DNA from: Schizochytrium sp. TIO01
Lineage: Eukaryota; Protista; Bigyra: Labyrinthulomycetes
Length of the DNA stretch: 64,000 bases
Assembly: GCA_004764695.1 (NCBI GenBank)
Contig: SMSO01000025.1
Span: 1,426,001-1,490,000, forward strand
Direction of reading: 5' to 3'
The stretch's first letter is position 1. Every line of letters starts with the position of its first letter. The position numbers and the translations under genes are program-made. Below, one piece after another: positions 28,701-43,700 of the stretch. The notes below the pieces were generated by a model. That model saw nothing but the letters and a program-made list of their open reading frames with translations, had not been told where the DNA came from and ran no database searches.

Positions 28701-31700
28701 ACCTGCAGTAGCATCACCAGTTATAACCTTGAACTCGCCAGTATCACCAATGGTCGTGCTGCCAGTTGTAATCGTCACTGCACCACTGACACCACTCGTG
28801 CCACCATCAGCAGTCACAAGTTCAATACTGCCACTGGAAGTAGCACTTCCTGCACCAGTAGTTAGTCGAATGCGACCTCCCGTGTTGGAAAGACCAACAC
28901 CTGATGTGATATCGATCGAACCACCGCTACCTGCAGTGCCACCGCTGCCAGCTCCTGCTGTCAATACAATAGCACCACCAGTACCAGTGGCAGCTCTGTT
29001 CAAACCTGCAGTGATGATAACTTGTCCACCTGTAACAACATCACCTGAGCCAACGAGCAATGAAATATCGCCACCCTTGCCAGTTGTGCCGCTGCCAGTC
29101 GAGATCAGAACTTCGCCAGCATATCCAGAAACTGTAGTTCCAGTGGACAATGAAATACCGCCACTTGTTCCTGTTGTGCCTCCATTTGGTGTGTCAATGA
29201 CAATGTGACCACTAGAAGACGCAGAACCATATCCTGATGTAAAAGTCATTGAACCTCCAGTTGATACGCTGGAAGATCCTGCAGTAAGTGCAATGAGGCC
29301 GCCAGCACCAGAAGTACCAGTGCCGACAGACAGAGTGATATCTCCACCTGTGCCACTTGTGGCATCACCAGTCACGACCTTGAACTCGCCAGTATCTCCA
29401 ATGGTCGTGCTGCCAGTTGTAATCGTCACAGCACCACTGACACCACTTGTGCCACCATCCGCAGTGACAAGTTCAATACTTCCACTAGAAGTAGCAGAGC
29501 CCGCTCCAGTGGTTAGTCTAATGCGACCTCCAGTGTTGGAAGCACCAACACCTGAGGTAATATCAATTGAGCCACCAACACTAGCAGGAGAACCAGTACC
29601 GTCTCCAGCAGCCATGAGAATTGCACCACCTGTGCCGGTATCAGCACTGCTGTCACCTGCAGTAATGGTCACCATTCCACCAGTTGAGACATCTCCAGTA
29701 CCAACAAGTAAAGAAATATCTCCTCCTTTGCCATTCACGGCTGTTCCAGTGGAAATATAAACTTCGCCAGAATATCCAGCATTAGTACTGCCAGTAGAAA
29801 GCGAAATACTGCCACTTGTACCAGTAGAGCCACCATTTGGCGTCTCAATGACAATATGACCACTTGACTTTGACGATCCAGCACCAGAGGTGAAGGTCAT
29901 TGATCCACCGGTCAAGTCATTGGTTGAGCCTGCAGTCAATGCAACAAGGCCACCGGCCCCAGAAGTACCAGTGCCAACGGAGAGAGTAATATCTCCACCA
30001 GTGCCACCTGATGCATCACCAGTTACAACTTTGAACTCGCCAGTATCACCATGGTCCGTGCATCTCCAGTTGTGATCGTCACAGCACCACTGACACCACT
30101 TGTGCCACCATCAGCAGTGACAAGTTCAATACTACCACTAGATGTAGCAGTTCCTGCTCCAGTTGTTAAACGAATACGACCTCCAGTGTTGGTATTTCCG
30201 ACACCTGAGGTAATATCAATCGATCCACCCACACCTGCAGCAGATCCAGTACCGTCTCCAGCAGTCATCACAATAGCACCACCTGTGCCGGTATCAGCAC
30301 TGCTGTCACCTGCCGTAATGGTCACCATACCACCAGTTGAGACATCTCCAGTACCGACAAGTAAAGAAATATCTCCTCCTTTGCCAGCGGAAGCAGTTCC
30401 AGTAGAAATGTAAACTTCACCAGAATAGCCAGCAATAGTACTGCCAGTAGAAAGAGAGATGCTGCCACTTGTACCAGCAGAGCCACCGTTTGGCGTCTCA
30501 ATAACAATATGACCGCTGGACTTCGTTGAGCCAGCACCGGACGTGAACGTCATCGAACCACCGGTTAAAGCATTGGTCGAGCCTGCAGTCAATGCAACAA
30601 GGCCACCGGCACCAGAAGTACCGGTGCCTACTGATAGAGTGATATCTCCACCAGCACCTGCAGTTGCATCACCAGTAACAACCTTGAACTCGCCAGTATC
30701 CCCAATGGTCGTGCTGCCAGTTGTGATTGTCACTGCACCACTAACACCACCTGTGCCACCATCAGCAGTGACAAGTTCAATACTACCACTAGAAGTATCG
30801 GAGCCCGCTCCAGTTGTTAAACGAATACGACCTCCAGTGTTGGCATTTCCGACGCCTGATGTAATATCAATCGATCCACCCACACTTGCAGCAGATCCAG
30901 TACCGTCTCCAGCAGTCATCACAATAGCACCACCTGTGCCAGTATCAGCACTGCTGTCACCTGCAGTAATCGTCACCATACCACCAGTTGAGACATCTCC
31001 AGTACCGACAAGTAAAGAAATATCTCCTCCTTTGCCAGCGGAAGCAGTTCCAGTAGAAATGTAAACTTCACCAGAATAGCCAGCAATAGTACTGCCAGTA
31101 GAAAGAGAGATGCTGCCACTTGTACCAGCAGAGCCACCGTTTGGCGTCTCAATAACAATATGACCGCTGGACTTCGTTGAGCCAGCACCGGACGTGAACG
31201 TCATCGAACCACCGGTTAAAGCATTGGTTGAGCCTGCAGTCAATGCAACAAGGCCACCGGCACCAGAAGTACCGGTGCCTACTGATAGAGTGATATCTCC
31301 ACCAGCACCTGCAGTTGCATCACCAGTAACAACCTTGAACTCGCCAGTATCCCCAATGGTCGTGCTGCCAGTTGTTATCGTTACTGCACCACTGACTCCA
31401 CTTGTGCCACCATCAGCAGTCACAAGTTCAATACTGCCACTTGAAGTAGCAGTTCCTGCACCAGTTGTTAAACGAATTCGACCTCCAGTGTTGGTATTGC
31501 CGACACCGGAAGTGATATCAATTGAACCACCAACGCCACCAGTGCCACCGCTGCCAGCTCCAGCTGTCAATACAATAGCACCACCTGTACCAGTCGCTGC
31601 TCTGTTCAAACCTGCAGTGATAGTAACTTGACCACCTGTAACCACATTACCTGAGCCAACAAGCAATGAAATATCACCACCCTTGCCAGCTGTGGCACTA

Positions 31701-34700
31701 CCAGTCGAGATCAGAACTTCGCCAGCATAACCGTTCACAGTGGTTCCAGTCGACAATGAAATACTGCCACTGGTTCCTGTTGTGCCGCTATTTGGTGTTT
31801 CAATGACAACATGTCCACTTGATGATGTAGAGCCAAGTCCTGACGTAAATGTCATAGAACCACCAGTTAAAGCACTGGTCGAACCAGCCGTCAACGCAAC
31901 AAGACCTCCAGCACCAGAAGTACCTGTGCCAACGGAGAGAGTAATATCTCCACCGGTGCCACCTGATGCATCACCAGTCACAACCTTGAACTCGCCAGTA
32001 TCACCAGCTGCTGTACCTCCCGTTGTGATTGTCACAGCACCGCTGACACCACTTGTGCCACCATCTGAAGTAACAAGTTCGATACTGCCACTGGAAGAAG
32101 CTGTGCCAGCGCTTGTAGTCAAACGAATGCGGCCACCAGTTTTGCTTGCACCGACACCAGATGTGATATCAATAGAGCCACCCACGCCAGATGTTGAACC
32201 ACTGGCAGCACCTGCAGTCATCACAATAGCGCCACCGGTACCGGTCGCAGCTCTGTTTAGACCTGCAGTGATTGTAACTTGACCACCTGTAACCACATTA
32301 CCTGAGCCGACCAGCAATGAGATATCACCACCCTTGCCAGCTGTTGCACTACCGGTCGAGATCATAACTTCGCCAGCATAACCGTTCACAGCGGTTCCAG
32401 TCGACAATGAAATACTGCCACTGGTTCCTGTTGTGCCACCATTTGGTGTGTCGATAACAATATGACCACTCGATGATGATGAGCCAAATCCTGATGTAAA
32501 TGTCATAGAACCACCAGTTAAAGCACTGGTTGAACCAGCCGTCAACGCAACAAGACCTCCAGCACCGGAGGTACCGGTTCCAACGGAGAGAGTAATATCT
32601 CCACCAGTGCCACCACTTGCTGTTGCATCACCAGTCACAACTTTGAACTCGCCAGTATCACCAGCTCCTGCATCTCCAGTTGTGATTGTCACTGCACCAC
32701 TAACACCACTTGTGCCACCATCAGCAGTGACAAATTCGATACTACCACTAGATGAAGCAGTTCCTGCTCCAGTGGTTAAACGAATACGACCACCAGTGTT
32801 GGTATTTCCGACGCCTGATGTAATATCAATCGATCCACCAACACTTGCAGGAGATCCAGTACCGTCTCCAGCAGTCATCACAATAGCACCACCTGTGCCG
32901 GTATCAGCACTGCTGTCACCTGCAGTAATGGTCACCATACCACCAGTTGAGACATCTCCAGTACCAACAAGTAAAGAAATATCTCCTCCTTTGCCAGTGA
33001 CCGCTGTTCCAGTGGAAATGTAAACTTCGCCAGAATATCCAGCAATAGTACTGCCAGTAGAGAGCGAAATACTGCCACTTGTACCAGTGGAGCCACCATT
33101 TGTGGTCTCAATCACAATATGACCACTGGACTTCGACGATCCAGCACCGGAGGTGAAGGTCATTGAACCACCGGTCAAGTCACTGGTTGAGCCTGCAGTC
33201 AATGCAACAAGGCCACCAGCACCGGAAGTACCAGTGCCAACGGAGAGAGTAATATCTCCACCAGTGCCACCTGATGCATCACCAGTCACAACTTTGAATT
33301 CGCCAGTATCACCAGCTCCAGCATCTCCAGTTGTGATCGTCACTGCACCACTGACACCACCTGTGCCACCATCAGCAGTGACAAGTTCAATACTACCACT
33401 AGAAGTAGCGGAGCCCGCTCCAGTTGTGAAACGAATACGACCTCCAGTGTTGGTATTTCCGACACCTGATGTAATATCAATCGATCCACCCACACTTGCA
33501 GGAGATCCAGTACCGTCTCCAGCAGTCATCACAATAGCACCACCTGTGCCGGTATCAGCACTGCTGTCACCTGCAGTTATGGTCACCATACCACCAGTTG
33601 AGACATCTCCAGTACCAACAAGTAAGGAAATATCTCCTCCTTTGCCTGTGACGGCTGTTCCAGTAGAAATGTAAACTTCGCCAGAATATCCAGCAATCGT
33701 ACTACCAGTAGAAAGCGAAATACTGCCACTTGTACCAGCGGAGCCACCATTTGGCGTCTCAATAACAATATGACCACTGGACTTCGACGATCCAGCACCG
33801 GAGGTGAAGGTCATTGAACCACCGGTTAAGTCATTGGTTGAGCCTGCGGTCAACGCAACAAGGCCACCAGCACCGGAAGTACCAGTTCCTACTGACAAAG
33901 TAATATCTCCACCTGTGCCACTTGTAGCATCACCAGTCACAACCTTGAACTCACCAGTATCTCCAATGGTCGTGCTGCCAGTTGTAATCGTCACAGCACC
34001 ACTGACACCACTTGTGCCACCATCAGCAGTGACAAGTTCAATACTACCACTAGACGTAGCAGTTCCTGCTCCAGTGGTTAAACGAATACGACCTCCAGTG
34101 TTGGTATTTCCGACGCCTGAGGTAATATCAATCGATCCACCCACACTTGCAGGAGATCCAGTACCGTCTCCAGCAGTCATCACAATAGCACCACCTGTCC
34201 CGGTATCAGCACTGCTGTCACCTGCAGTAATGGTCACCATACCACCAGTTGAGACATCTCCAGTACCAACAAGTAAGGAAATATCTCCTCCTTTGCCTGT
34301 GACGGCTGTTCCAGTGGAAATGTAAACTTCGCCAGAATATCCAGCAATCGTACTTCCAGTAGAAAGAGAGATGCTACCACTTGTACCAGCGGAGCCACCA
34401 TTTGGCGTCTCTATAACAATATGACCGCTGGACTTCGACGAGCCAGAACCGGACGTGAATGTCATCGAACCACCGGTCAAGTCATTGGTTGAGCCTGCAG
34501 TCAATGCAACAAGGCCACCAGCACCGGAAGTACCAGTGCCTACTGACAAAGTAATATCTCCACCAGTGCCTCCTGATGCATCACCAGTCACAACTTTGAA
34601 CTCGCCAGTATCACCAGCTCCAGCATCTCCAGTTGTGATCGTCACTGCACCACTGACACCACCTGTGCCACCATCAGCAGTGACAAGTTCAATACTTCCA

Positions 34701-37700
34701 CTAGAAGAAAGAGAGCCTGCTCCAGTAGTTAGTCTAATGCGACCTCCAGTGTTGGAAGCACCAACACCTGAGGTAATATCAATTGAGCCACCAACACTAG
34801 CAGGAGAACCAGTACCGTCTCCAGCAGTCATCACAATAGCACCACCTGTGCCGGTATCAGCACTGCTGTCACCTGCCGTAATGGTCACCATACCACCAGT
34901 TGAGACATCTCCAGTACCAACAAGTAAAGAAATATCTCCTCCTTTGCCAGCGACCGCTGTTCCAGTGGAAATGTAAACTTCGCCAGAATATCCAGCAACA
35001 GTACTGCCAGTAGAAAGCGAAATACTGCCACTTGTACCAGCGGAGCCACCATTTGGCGTCTCAATAACAATATGACCACTGGACTTCGACGATCCAGCAC
35101 CGGAGGTGAAGGTCATTGAACCACCGGTTAAGTCATTGGTTGAGCCTGCAGTCAACGCAACAAGCCCACCAGCACCGGAAGTACCAGTGCCTACTGACAA
35201 AGTAATATCTCCACCAGTGCCACCTGATGCATCACCAGTCACAACTTTGAATTCGCCAGTATCTCCAATGGTCGTGCTGCCAGTTGTAATCGTCACAGCA
35301 CCACTGACACCACCTGTCCCACCATCCGCAGTGACAAGTTCAATACTTCCACTAGAAGAAACAGAGCCTGCTCCAGTAGTTAGTCTAATGCGACCTCCAG
35401 TGTTGGAAGCACCAACACCTGAGGTAATATCAATTGAGCCACCAACGCTAGCAGGAGAACCAGTGCCGTCTCCAGCAACCATGAGAATTGCACCACCTGT
35501 GCCGGTATTAGCACTACTGTCACCTGCCGTAATGGTCACCATACCACCAGTTGAGACATCTCCAGTACCAACAAGTAAGGAAATATCTCCTCCTTTGCCT
35601 GTGACGGCTGTTCCAGTGGAAATGTAAACTTCACCAGAATATCCAGCAATAGTACTGCCAGTAGAAAGAGAGATGCTGCCACTTGTACCAGCAGAGCCCC
35701 CATTTGGCGTCTCAATAACAATGTGACCGCTGGATTTTGTTGAGCCAGCACCAGACGTGAACGTCATTGAACCACCAGTCAACGCAGTGGTCGAGCCTGC
35801 AGTCAACGCAACAAGGCCACCAGCACCGGAAGTACCAGTGCCTACTGACAAAGTAATATCTCCACCAGTGCCTCCTGATGCATCACCAGTCACAACTTTG
35901 AACTCGCCAGTATCACCAGCTCCAGCATCTCCAGTTGTGATCGTCACTGCACCACTGACACCACCTGTGCCACCATCAGCAGTGACAAGTTCAATACTAC
36001 CACTAGAAGTAGCGGAGCCTGCTCCAGTTGTTAAACGAATACGACCTCCAGTGTTGGTATTTCCGACACCTGAGGTAATATCAATCGATCCACCCACACT
36101 TGCAGGAGATCCAGTACCGTCTCCAGCAGTCATCACAATAGCACCACCTGTCCCGGTATCAGCACTGCTGTCACCTGCCGTTATGGTCACCATACCACCA
36201 GTTGAGACATCTCCAGTACCAACAAGTAAGGAAATATCTCCTCCTTTGCCTGTGACGGCTGTTCCAGTGGAAATGTAAACTTCGCCAGAATATCCAGCAA
36301 TCGTACTTCCAGTAGAAAGAGAGATGCTGCCACTTGTACCAACGGACCCACCATTTGGCGTCTCTATAACAATATGACCGCTAGATTTTGTTGAGCCAGT
36401 ACCAGACGTGAAGGTCATTGAACCACCAGTCAAGTCATTGGTTGAGCCTGCGGTCAACGCTACAAGGCCACCAGCACCGGAAGTACCAGTGCCTACTGAC
36501 AAAGTAATATCTCCACCAGTGCCTCCTGATGCATCACCAGTTATAACCTTGAACTCGCCAGTATCTCCAATGGTCGTGCTGCCAGTTGTAATCGTCACAG
36601 CACCACTGACACCACTGACACCACCTGTCCCACCATCCGCAGTGACAAGTTCAATACTTCCACTAGAAGAAGCAGAGCCTGCTCCAGTGGTTAGTCTAAT
36701 GCGACCTCCAGTGTTGGAAGCACCAACACCTGAGGTAATATCAATCGAGCCACCAACGCTAGCAGGAGAACCAGTACCGTCTCCAGCAGTCATCACAATA
36801 GCACCACCTGTCCCGGTATCAGCACTGCTGTCACCTGCCGTAATGGTCACCATACCACCAGTTGAGACATCTCCAGTACCAACAAGTAAGGAAATATCTC
36901 CTCCTTTGCCTGTGACGGCTGTTCCAGTGGAAATGTAAACTTCGCCAGAATATCCAGCAATCGTACTACCAGTAGAAAGCGAAATACTGCCACTTGTACC
37001 AGCGGAGCCACCATTTGGCGTCTCAATAACAATATGACCACTGGACTTCAACGATCCAGCACCAGAGGTGAAGGTCATTGAACCACCGGTTAAGTCATTG
37101 GTTGAGCCTGCAGTCAACGCAACAAGGCCACCAGCACCGGAAGTACCAGTGCCTACTGACAAAGTAATATCTCCACCAGTGCCTCCTAATGCATCACCAG
37201 TCACAACTTTGAACTCGCCAGTATCACCAGCTCCAGCATCTCCAGTTGTGATCGTCACTGCACCACTGACACCACCTGTGCCACCATCAGCAGTGACAAG
37301 TTCAATACTACCACTAGAAGTAGCGGAGCCCGCTCCAGTTGTGAAACGAATACGACCTCCAGTGTTGGTATTTCCGACGCCTGATGTAATATCAATCGAT
37401 CCACCAACACTTGCAGGAGATCCAGTACCGTCTCCAGCAGTCATCACAATAGCACCACCTGTTCCGGTATCAGCACTGCTGTCACCTGCCGTAATGGTCA
37501 CCATACCACCAGTTGAGACATCTCCAGTACCAACAAGTAAAGAAATATCTCCTCCTTTGCCAGTGACCGCTGTTCCAGTGGAAATGTAAACTTCGCCAGA
37601 ATATCCAGCATTAGTACTGCCAGTAGAAAGCGAAATACTGCCACTTGTACCAGCGGAGCCACCATTTGGCGTCTCAATAACAATATGACCACTGGACTTC

Positions 37701-40700
37701 AACGATCCAGCACCAGAGGTGAAGGTCATTGAACCACCGGTTAAGTCATTGGTTGAGCCTGCAGTCAACGCAACAAGGCCACCAGCACCGGAAGTACCAG
37801 TGCCTACTGACAAAGTAATATCTCCACCAGTGCCTCCTGATGCATCACCAGTTACAACCTTGAACTCGCCAGTATCTCCAATGGTCGTGCTGCCAGTTGT
37901 AATCGTCACAGCACCACTGACACCACTGACACCACCTGTCCCACCATCCGCAGTGACAAGTTCAATACTTCCACTAGAAGAAGCAGAGCCTGCTCCAGTG
38001 GTTAGTCTAATGCGACCTCCAGTGTTGGAAGCACCAACACCTGAGGTAATATCAATCGAGCCACCAACGCTAGCAGGAGAACCAGTACCGTCTCCAGCAG
38101 TCATCACAATAGCACCACCTGTCCCGGTATCAGCACTGCTGTCACCTGCCGTAATGGTCACCATACCACCAGTTGAGACATCTCCAGTACCAACAAGTAA
38201 AGAAATATCTCCTCCTTTGCCAGCAATTGCTGTTCCAGTGGAAATGGAAACTTCACCAGAATATCCAGCATTAGTACTGCCAGTAGAAAGCGAAATACTG
38301 CCACTTGTACCAGCGGAGCCACCATTTGGCGTCTCAATAACAATATGACCACTGGACTTCGACGATCCAGCACCAGCGGTGAAGGTCATTGAACCACCGG
38401 TCAAGCATTGGTTGAGCCTGCGGTCAACGCAACAAGGCCACCAGCACCGGAAGTACCAGTGCCAACGGAGAGAGTAATATCTCCACCAGTGCCACCTGAT
38501 GCATCACCAGTGACAACTTTGAACTCGCCAGTATCACCAGCTCCAGCATCTCCAGTTGTGATCGTCACTGCACCACTGACACCACCTGTGCCACCATCAG
38601 CAGTGACAAGTTCAATACTTCCACTAGAAGAAAGAGAGCCTGCTCCAGTAGTTAGTCTAATGCGACCTCCAGTGTTGGAAGCACCAACTCCTGAGGTAAT
38701 ATCAATTGAGCCACCAACACTAGCAGGAGAACCAGTACCGTCTCCAGCAGTCATCACAATAGCACCACCTGTCCCGGTATCAGCACTGCTGTCACCTGCA
38801 GTTATGGTCACCATACCACCAGTTGAGACATCTCCAGTACCAACAAGTAAGGAAATATCTCCTCCTTTGCCTGTGACGGCTGTTCCAGTGGAAACGTAAA
38901 CTTCGCCAGAATATCCAGCAATCGTACTTCCAGTAGAAAGAGAGATGCTGCCACTTGTACCAGCGGAGCCACCATTTGGCGTCTCTATAACAATATGACC
39001 GCTGGACTTCGACGAGCCAGAACCGGACGTGAATGTCATCGAACCACCGGTCAAGTCATTGGTTGAGCCTGCAGTCAATGCAACAAGGCCACCAGCACCG
39101 GAAGTACCAGTGCCAACGGAGAGAGTAATATCTCCACCAGTGCCTCCTGATGCATCACCAGTCACAACTTTGAACTCGCCAGTATCACCAGCTCCAGCAT
39201 CTCCAGTTGTGATCGTAACGGCACCACTGACACCATCTGTGCCACCATCAGCAGTGACAAGTTCAATACTACCACTAGAAGTAGCGGAGCCCGCTCCAGT
39301 TGTGAAACGAATACGACCTCCAGTGTTGGTATTTCCGACGCCTGATGTAATATCAATCGATCCACCCACACTTGCAGGAGATCCAGTACCGTCACCAGCA
39401 GTCATCACAATAGCACCACCTGTCCCGGTATCAGCACTACTGTCACCTGCAGTTATGGTCACCATACCACCAGTTGAGACATCTCCAGTACCAACAAGTA
39501 AAGAAATATCTCCTCCTTTGCCAGTGACCGCTGTTCCAGTGGAAATGTAAACTTCGCCAGAATATCCAGCATTAGTACTGCCAGTAGAAAGCGAAATACT
39601 GCCACTTGTACCAGCGGAGCCACCATTTGGCGTCTCAATAACAATATGACCACTGGACTTCAACGATCCAGCACCAGAGGTGAAGGTCATTGAACCACCG
39701 GTTAAGTCATTGGTTGAGCCTGCAGTCAACGCAACAAGGCCACCAGCACCGGAAGTACCAGTGCCTACTGACAAAGTAATATCTCCACCAGTGCCTCCTG
39801 ATGCATCACCAGTCACAACTTTGAACTCGCCAGTATCACCAGCTCCAGCATCTCCAGTTGTGATCGTCACTGCACCACTGACACCACCTGTGCCACCATC
39901 AGCAGTGACAAGTTCAATACTACCACTAGAAGTAGCGGAGCCCGCTCCAGTGGTTAGTCTAATGCGACCTCCAGTGTTGGAAGCACCAACACCTGAGGTA
40001 ATGTCGATTGATCCACCAACACTTGCAGGAGATCCAGTACCGTCTCCAGCAGTCATCACAATAGCACCACCTGTCCCGATATCAGCACTGCTGTCACCTG
40101 CCGTAATGGTCACCATACCACCAGTTGAGACATCTCCAGTACCCACAAGTAAAGAAATATCTCCTCCTTTGCCTGTGACGGCTGTTCCAGTGGAAATGTA
40201 AACTTCGCCAGAATATCCAGCATTAGTACTGCCAGTAGAAAGCGAAATACTGCCACTTGTACCAGCGGAGCCACCATCTGGCGTCTCAATAACAATATGA
40301 CCACTGGACTTCAAGGATCCAGCACCGGAGGTGAAGGTCATTGAACCACCGGTCAAGGCATTGGTTGAGCCTGCGGTCAACGCAACAAGGCCACCAGCAC
40401 CGGAAGTACCAGTGCCTACTGACAGAGTAATATCTCCACCAGTGCCACCTGATGCATCACCAGTCACAACTTTGAATTCGCCAGTATCACCAGCTCCAGC
40501 ATCTCCAGTTGTGATCGTCACTGCACCACTGACACCACCTGTGCCACCATCAGCAGTGACAAGTTCAATACTACCACTAGAAGTAGCGGAGCCCGCTCCA
40601 GTTGTGAAACGAATACGACCTCCAGTGTTGGTATTTCCGACGCCTGATGTAATATCAATCGATCCACCCACACTTGCAGGAGATCCAGTACCGTCACCAG

Positions 40701-43700
40701 CAGTCATCACAATAGCACCACCTGTCCCGGTATCAGCACTACTGTCACCTGCAGTTATGGTCACCATACCACCAGTTGAGACATCTCCAGTACCAACAAG
40801 TAAAGAAATATCTCCTCCTTTGCCAGTGACCGCTGTTCCAGTGGAAATGTAAACTTCGCCAGAATATCCAGCATTAGTACTGCCAGTAGAAAGCGAAATA
40901 CTGCCACTTGTACCAGCGGAGCCACCATTTGGCGTCTCAATAACAATATGACCACTGGACTTCAACGATCCAGCACCAGAGGTGAAGGTCATTGAACCAC
41001 CGGTTAAGTCATTGGTTGAGCCTGCAGTCAACGCAACAAGGCCACCAGCACCGGAAGTACCAGTGCCTACTGACAAAGTAATATCTCCACCAGTGCCTCC
41101 TGATGCATCACCAGTCACAACCTTGAACTCGCCAGTATCTCCAATGGTCGTGCTGCCAGTTGTAATCGTCACAGCACCACTGACACCACTGACACCACCT
41201 GTGCCACCATCCGCAGTGACAAGTTCAATACTTCCACTAGAAGAAGCAGAGCCTGCTCCAGTGGTTAGTCTAATGCGACCTCCAGTGTTGGAAGCACCAA
41301 CTCCTGAGGTAATATCAATCGAGCCACCAACGCTAGCAGGAGAACCAGTACCGTCTCCAGCAGTCATCACAATAGCACCACCTGTGCCGGTATCCGCACT
41401 GCTGTCACCTGCCGTAATGGTCACCATACCACCAGTTGAGACATCTCCAGTACCAACAAGTAAAGAAATATCTCCTCCTTTGCCAGCGACCGCTGTTCCA
41501 GTGGAAATGTAAACTTCACCAGAATATCCAGCATTAGTACCGCCAGTAGAAAGAGAGATGCTGCCACTTGTACCAGCGGAGCCACCATTTGGCGTCTCAA
41601 TAACAATATGACCGCTGGACTTCGACGATCCAGCACCGGACGTGAAGGTCATTGAACCACCTGTTAAGTCATTGGTTGAGCCTGCCGTCAACGCAACAAG
41701 GCCACCAGCACCGGAAGTACCAGTGCCTACTGATAAAGTAATATCTCCGCCAGTGCCACCACTTGCTGTTGCATCACCAGTCACTACCTTGAACTCGCCA
41801 GTATCACCAGCTGCAGCGTCGCCAGTTGTGATTGTCACAGCACCGCTGACACCAGCTAGACCTCCATCTGCAGTAACAAGTTCAATACTGCCACTGGAAG
41901 TAGCCGTGCCAGCGCCTGTAGTTAGTCGGATACGACCACCAGTTTTGCTTGCACCGACACCAGATGTGATATCAATAGAGCCACCCACGCCAGATGTAGC
42001 ACCACTGGCAGCACCTGCAGTCATCACAATAGCGCCACCGGTACCGGTCGCAGCTCTGTTCAGGCCTGCAGTGATTGTAACTTGACCACCTGTATCCACA
42101 TCACCTGAGCCGACCAGCAATGAGATATCACCACCCTTGCCAGCTGTTGCACTACCAGTCGAGATCATAACTTCGCCAGCATAACCGTTCACAGTGGTTC
42201 CAGTCGACAATGAAATACTGCCACTGGTTCCTGTTGTGCCGCTATTTGGTGTTTCAATGACAACATGTCCACTTGATGATGTAGAGCCAAGTCCTGACGT
42301 AAATGTCATAGAACCACCAGTTAAAGCACTGGTCGAACCAGCCGTCAACGCAACAAGACCTCCAGCACCAGAAGTACCAGTGCCAACGGAGAGAGTAATA
42401 TCTCCACCGGTGCCACCTGATGCATCACCAGTCACAACCTTGAACTCGCCAGTATCACCAGCTGCTGTATCTCCCGTTGTGATTGTCACAGCACCGCTAA
42501 CACCACTTGTGCCACCATCGGAAGTAACAAGTTCAATACTACCACTTGAAGAAGCTGTGCCAGCGCCTGTAGTCAAACGAATGCGGCCACCAGTTTTACT
42601 TGCACCGACACCAGATGTGATATCAATAGAGCCACCTACGCCAGATGTAGTACCACTGGCAGCACCTGCAGTCATCACAATAGCGCCACCGGTACCGGTC
42701 GCAGCTCTGTTCAGGCCTGCAGTGATTGTAATTTGACCACCTGTATCCACATTACCAGAGCCAACGAGCAAGGAGATATCACCACCCTTGCCAGCTGTTC
42801 CACTACCGGTCGAGATCATAACTTCGCCAGCATAACCGTTCACAGCGGTTCCAGTCGATAATGAAATACTGCCACTTGTTCCTGTTGTGCCACCATTTGG
42901 TGTGTCGATGACAATATGTCCACTTGATGATGCAGAGCCAAGTCCTGACGTAAATGTCATAGAACCACCAGTTAAAGCACTGGTCGAACCAGCCGTCAAC
43001 GCAACAAGACCTCCAGCACCAGAAGTACCAGTGCCAACGGAGAGAGTAATATCTCCACCGGTGCCACCTGATGCATCACCAGTCACAACCTTGAACTCGC
43101 CAGTATCACCAGCGGCTGTACCTCCCGTTGTGATTGTCACAGCACCGCTAACACCAGCTAGACCACCATCGGAAGTAACAAGTTCGATACTGCCACTTGA
43201 AGAAGCTGTGCCAGCGCCTGTAGTAAGTCGAATACGACCACCAGTTTTGCTTGCACCGACACCAGATGTGATATCAATAGAGCCACCCACGCCAGATGTA
43301 GTACCACTTGCAGCACCTGCAGTCATTACAATAGCGCCACCGGTACCGGTCGCAGCTCTGTTCAGGCCTGCAGTGATTGTAACTTGACCACCTGTATCCA
43401 CATCACCTGAGCCGACCAGCAATGAGATATCACCACCCTTGCCAGCTGTTGCACTACCAGTCGAGATCATAACTTCGCCAGCATAACCGTTCACAGCGGT
43501 TCCAGTCGACAATGAAATACTGCCACTGGTTCCTGTTGTGCCGCTATTTGGTGTTTCAATGACAACATGTCCACTTGATGATATAGAGCCAAGTCCTGAC
43601 GTAAATGTCATAGAACCACCAGTTAAAGCACTGGTCGAACCAGCCGTCAACGCAACAAGACCTCCAGCACCAGAAGTACCAGTGCCAACGGAGAGAGTAA

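Noticed and set aside
30040-38410. Programmed frameshifting or phase variation at the ORF junctions
   Set aside because: There is no slippery heptamer or homopolymer/SSR tract at the sites, and equivalent positions in the other units are in frame.
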